Source: Octopus sinensis (lineage: Eukaryota). Taken from it: a stretch of DNA of 64,000 nucleotides. The notes beneath the pieces are model-generated. The model searched no databases. It saw only the letters and a list, made by a program, of their open reading frames with translations, and had not been told where the DNA came from. Positions 63,226 to 64,000 of the stretch are shown piece after piece. The position numbers and the translations under genes were made by a program. The DNA lies in assembly GCF_006345805.1 (NCBI RefSeq), contig NC_042997.1:185442001-185506000 (forward strand), given 5' to 3'. The number at the start of each line of letters is the position of its first letter. Position 1 is the stretch's first letter.

Positions 63226-64000
63226 CTATTTAATCGGTTGAAGCCAAAATTGCCTGTCAAATACTACCTGTTTCTCTTCACAAATTGATTCTTCATCTCA
63301 TCATTCTAGAAGCAAAATTTGATGGTGTTGTAATGTGACAGATGGAGGTTTTCTCCTATCGGCTAAGCAATAAGGTAAGCAGATTTTCTTCTCATTATTT
63401 AGCGGAAATTTCCTTTCAATGTCGCTTATTTACAATCCTTATTTAGCAATAAATCGTGAGCCTTTTATGGGTTTCGAAGGAGATATCTCTAGATACAAAA
63501 CGAAAACGAAAACGAAAAAAAACAAAACATGGATTACTTATTTAAGATAGCATGAGAATAAATCTGGAAGAAATGTATTTGCGAAAAGAAAAAAAGAAGA
63601 AGGGATAGATGGAGATAAAAGACATGGAATTAAAAAGAAACAGTGAATAATACAGGAGATGAATAGTAAATAATAGACCACTTTCATTGACTACTGAGTC
63701 AGTATAAAGTCATTACCAATCTTAGCGTGTAGATGTTTTCATAGATTGTATCATCTACTCAGTTCATAGTTTACTCACAGCTCGTGTCGTTGCTTAAAGG
63801 ACTGACACAGAACTGGATCGTAGTTAGTAAGTGAACTGTTTACTTTGATTGAGAATCAATATAAGAACTAAGAAAAGCTCCTCAACATGCAGGCCTTGCT
63901 ATGCAATTAGCTAACATTTAACACCTTAGGTTCCTCTATTCAGGAGGATCTTATCATTTTATACGTCACGATATAATCTTGCATTGTAAATTAGATAGAG

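Noticed and set aside
63310-63379. Strong donor site AAG|GTAAGC
   Set aside because: The exon from the best upstream acceptor has stops in all three frames, and the nearer AG lacks a pyrimidine tract.
1-64000. Prokaryotic-type defence or operon system
   Set aside because: There is no gene-dense region or operon; the sequence is metazoan repeat-rich non-coding DNA.

Overview
This is an AT-rich, repeat-saturated eukaryotic window, most consistent with an octopus (coleoid cephalopod) intergenic or intronic region; that assignment rests on recalled octopus SINE sequences and was not checked by search. No intact protein-coding gene is evident, and almost all listed ORFs are microsatellite or SINE artefacts. 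The window holds about 30 tRNA-derived SINE copies from four modular families (A-D, working labels), several with target-site duplications (TSDs). DNA-transposon fossils include a SPIN/Buster-type hAT, a Chapaev3-like element, an internally deleted mariner and non-autonomous Helitrons. Retroelement fossils include L1/Tx1, CR1, RTE and at least five Penelope-like elements (PLEs). The most notable structure is a set of PLE-terminal minimal type-I hammerhead ribozyme motifs; the one at 14499-14582 (-) keeps a fully canonical catalytic core and lies back-to-back with an inverted, mutated copy. Also notable are locally templated inverted insertions inside SINEs, a roughly 630 bp nested palindrome, and a Helitron-like element with an alternating-orientation repeat array and (GT)n-bounded duplications. 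All family assignments are by eye from motif recall, not from database searches.
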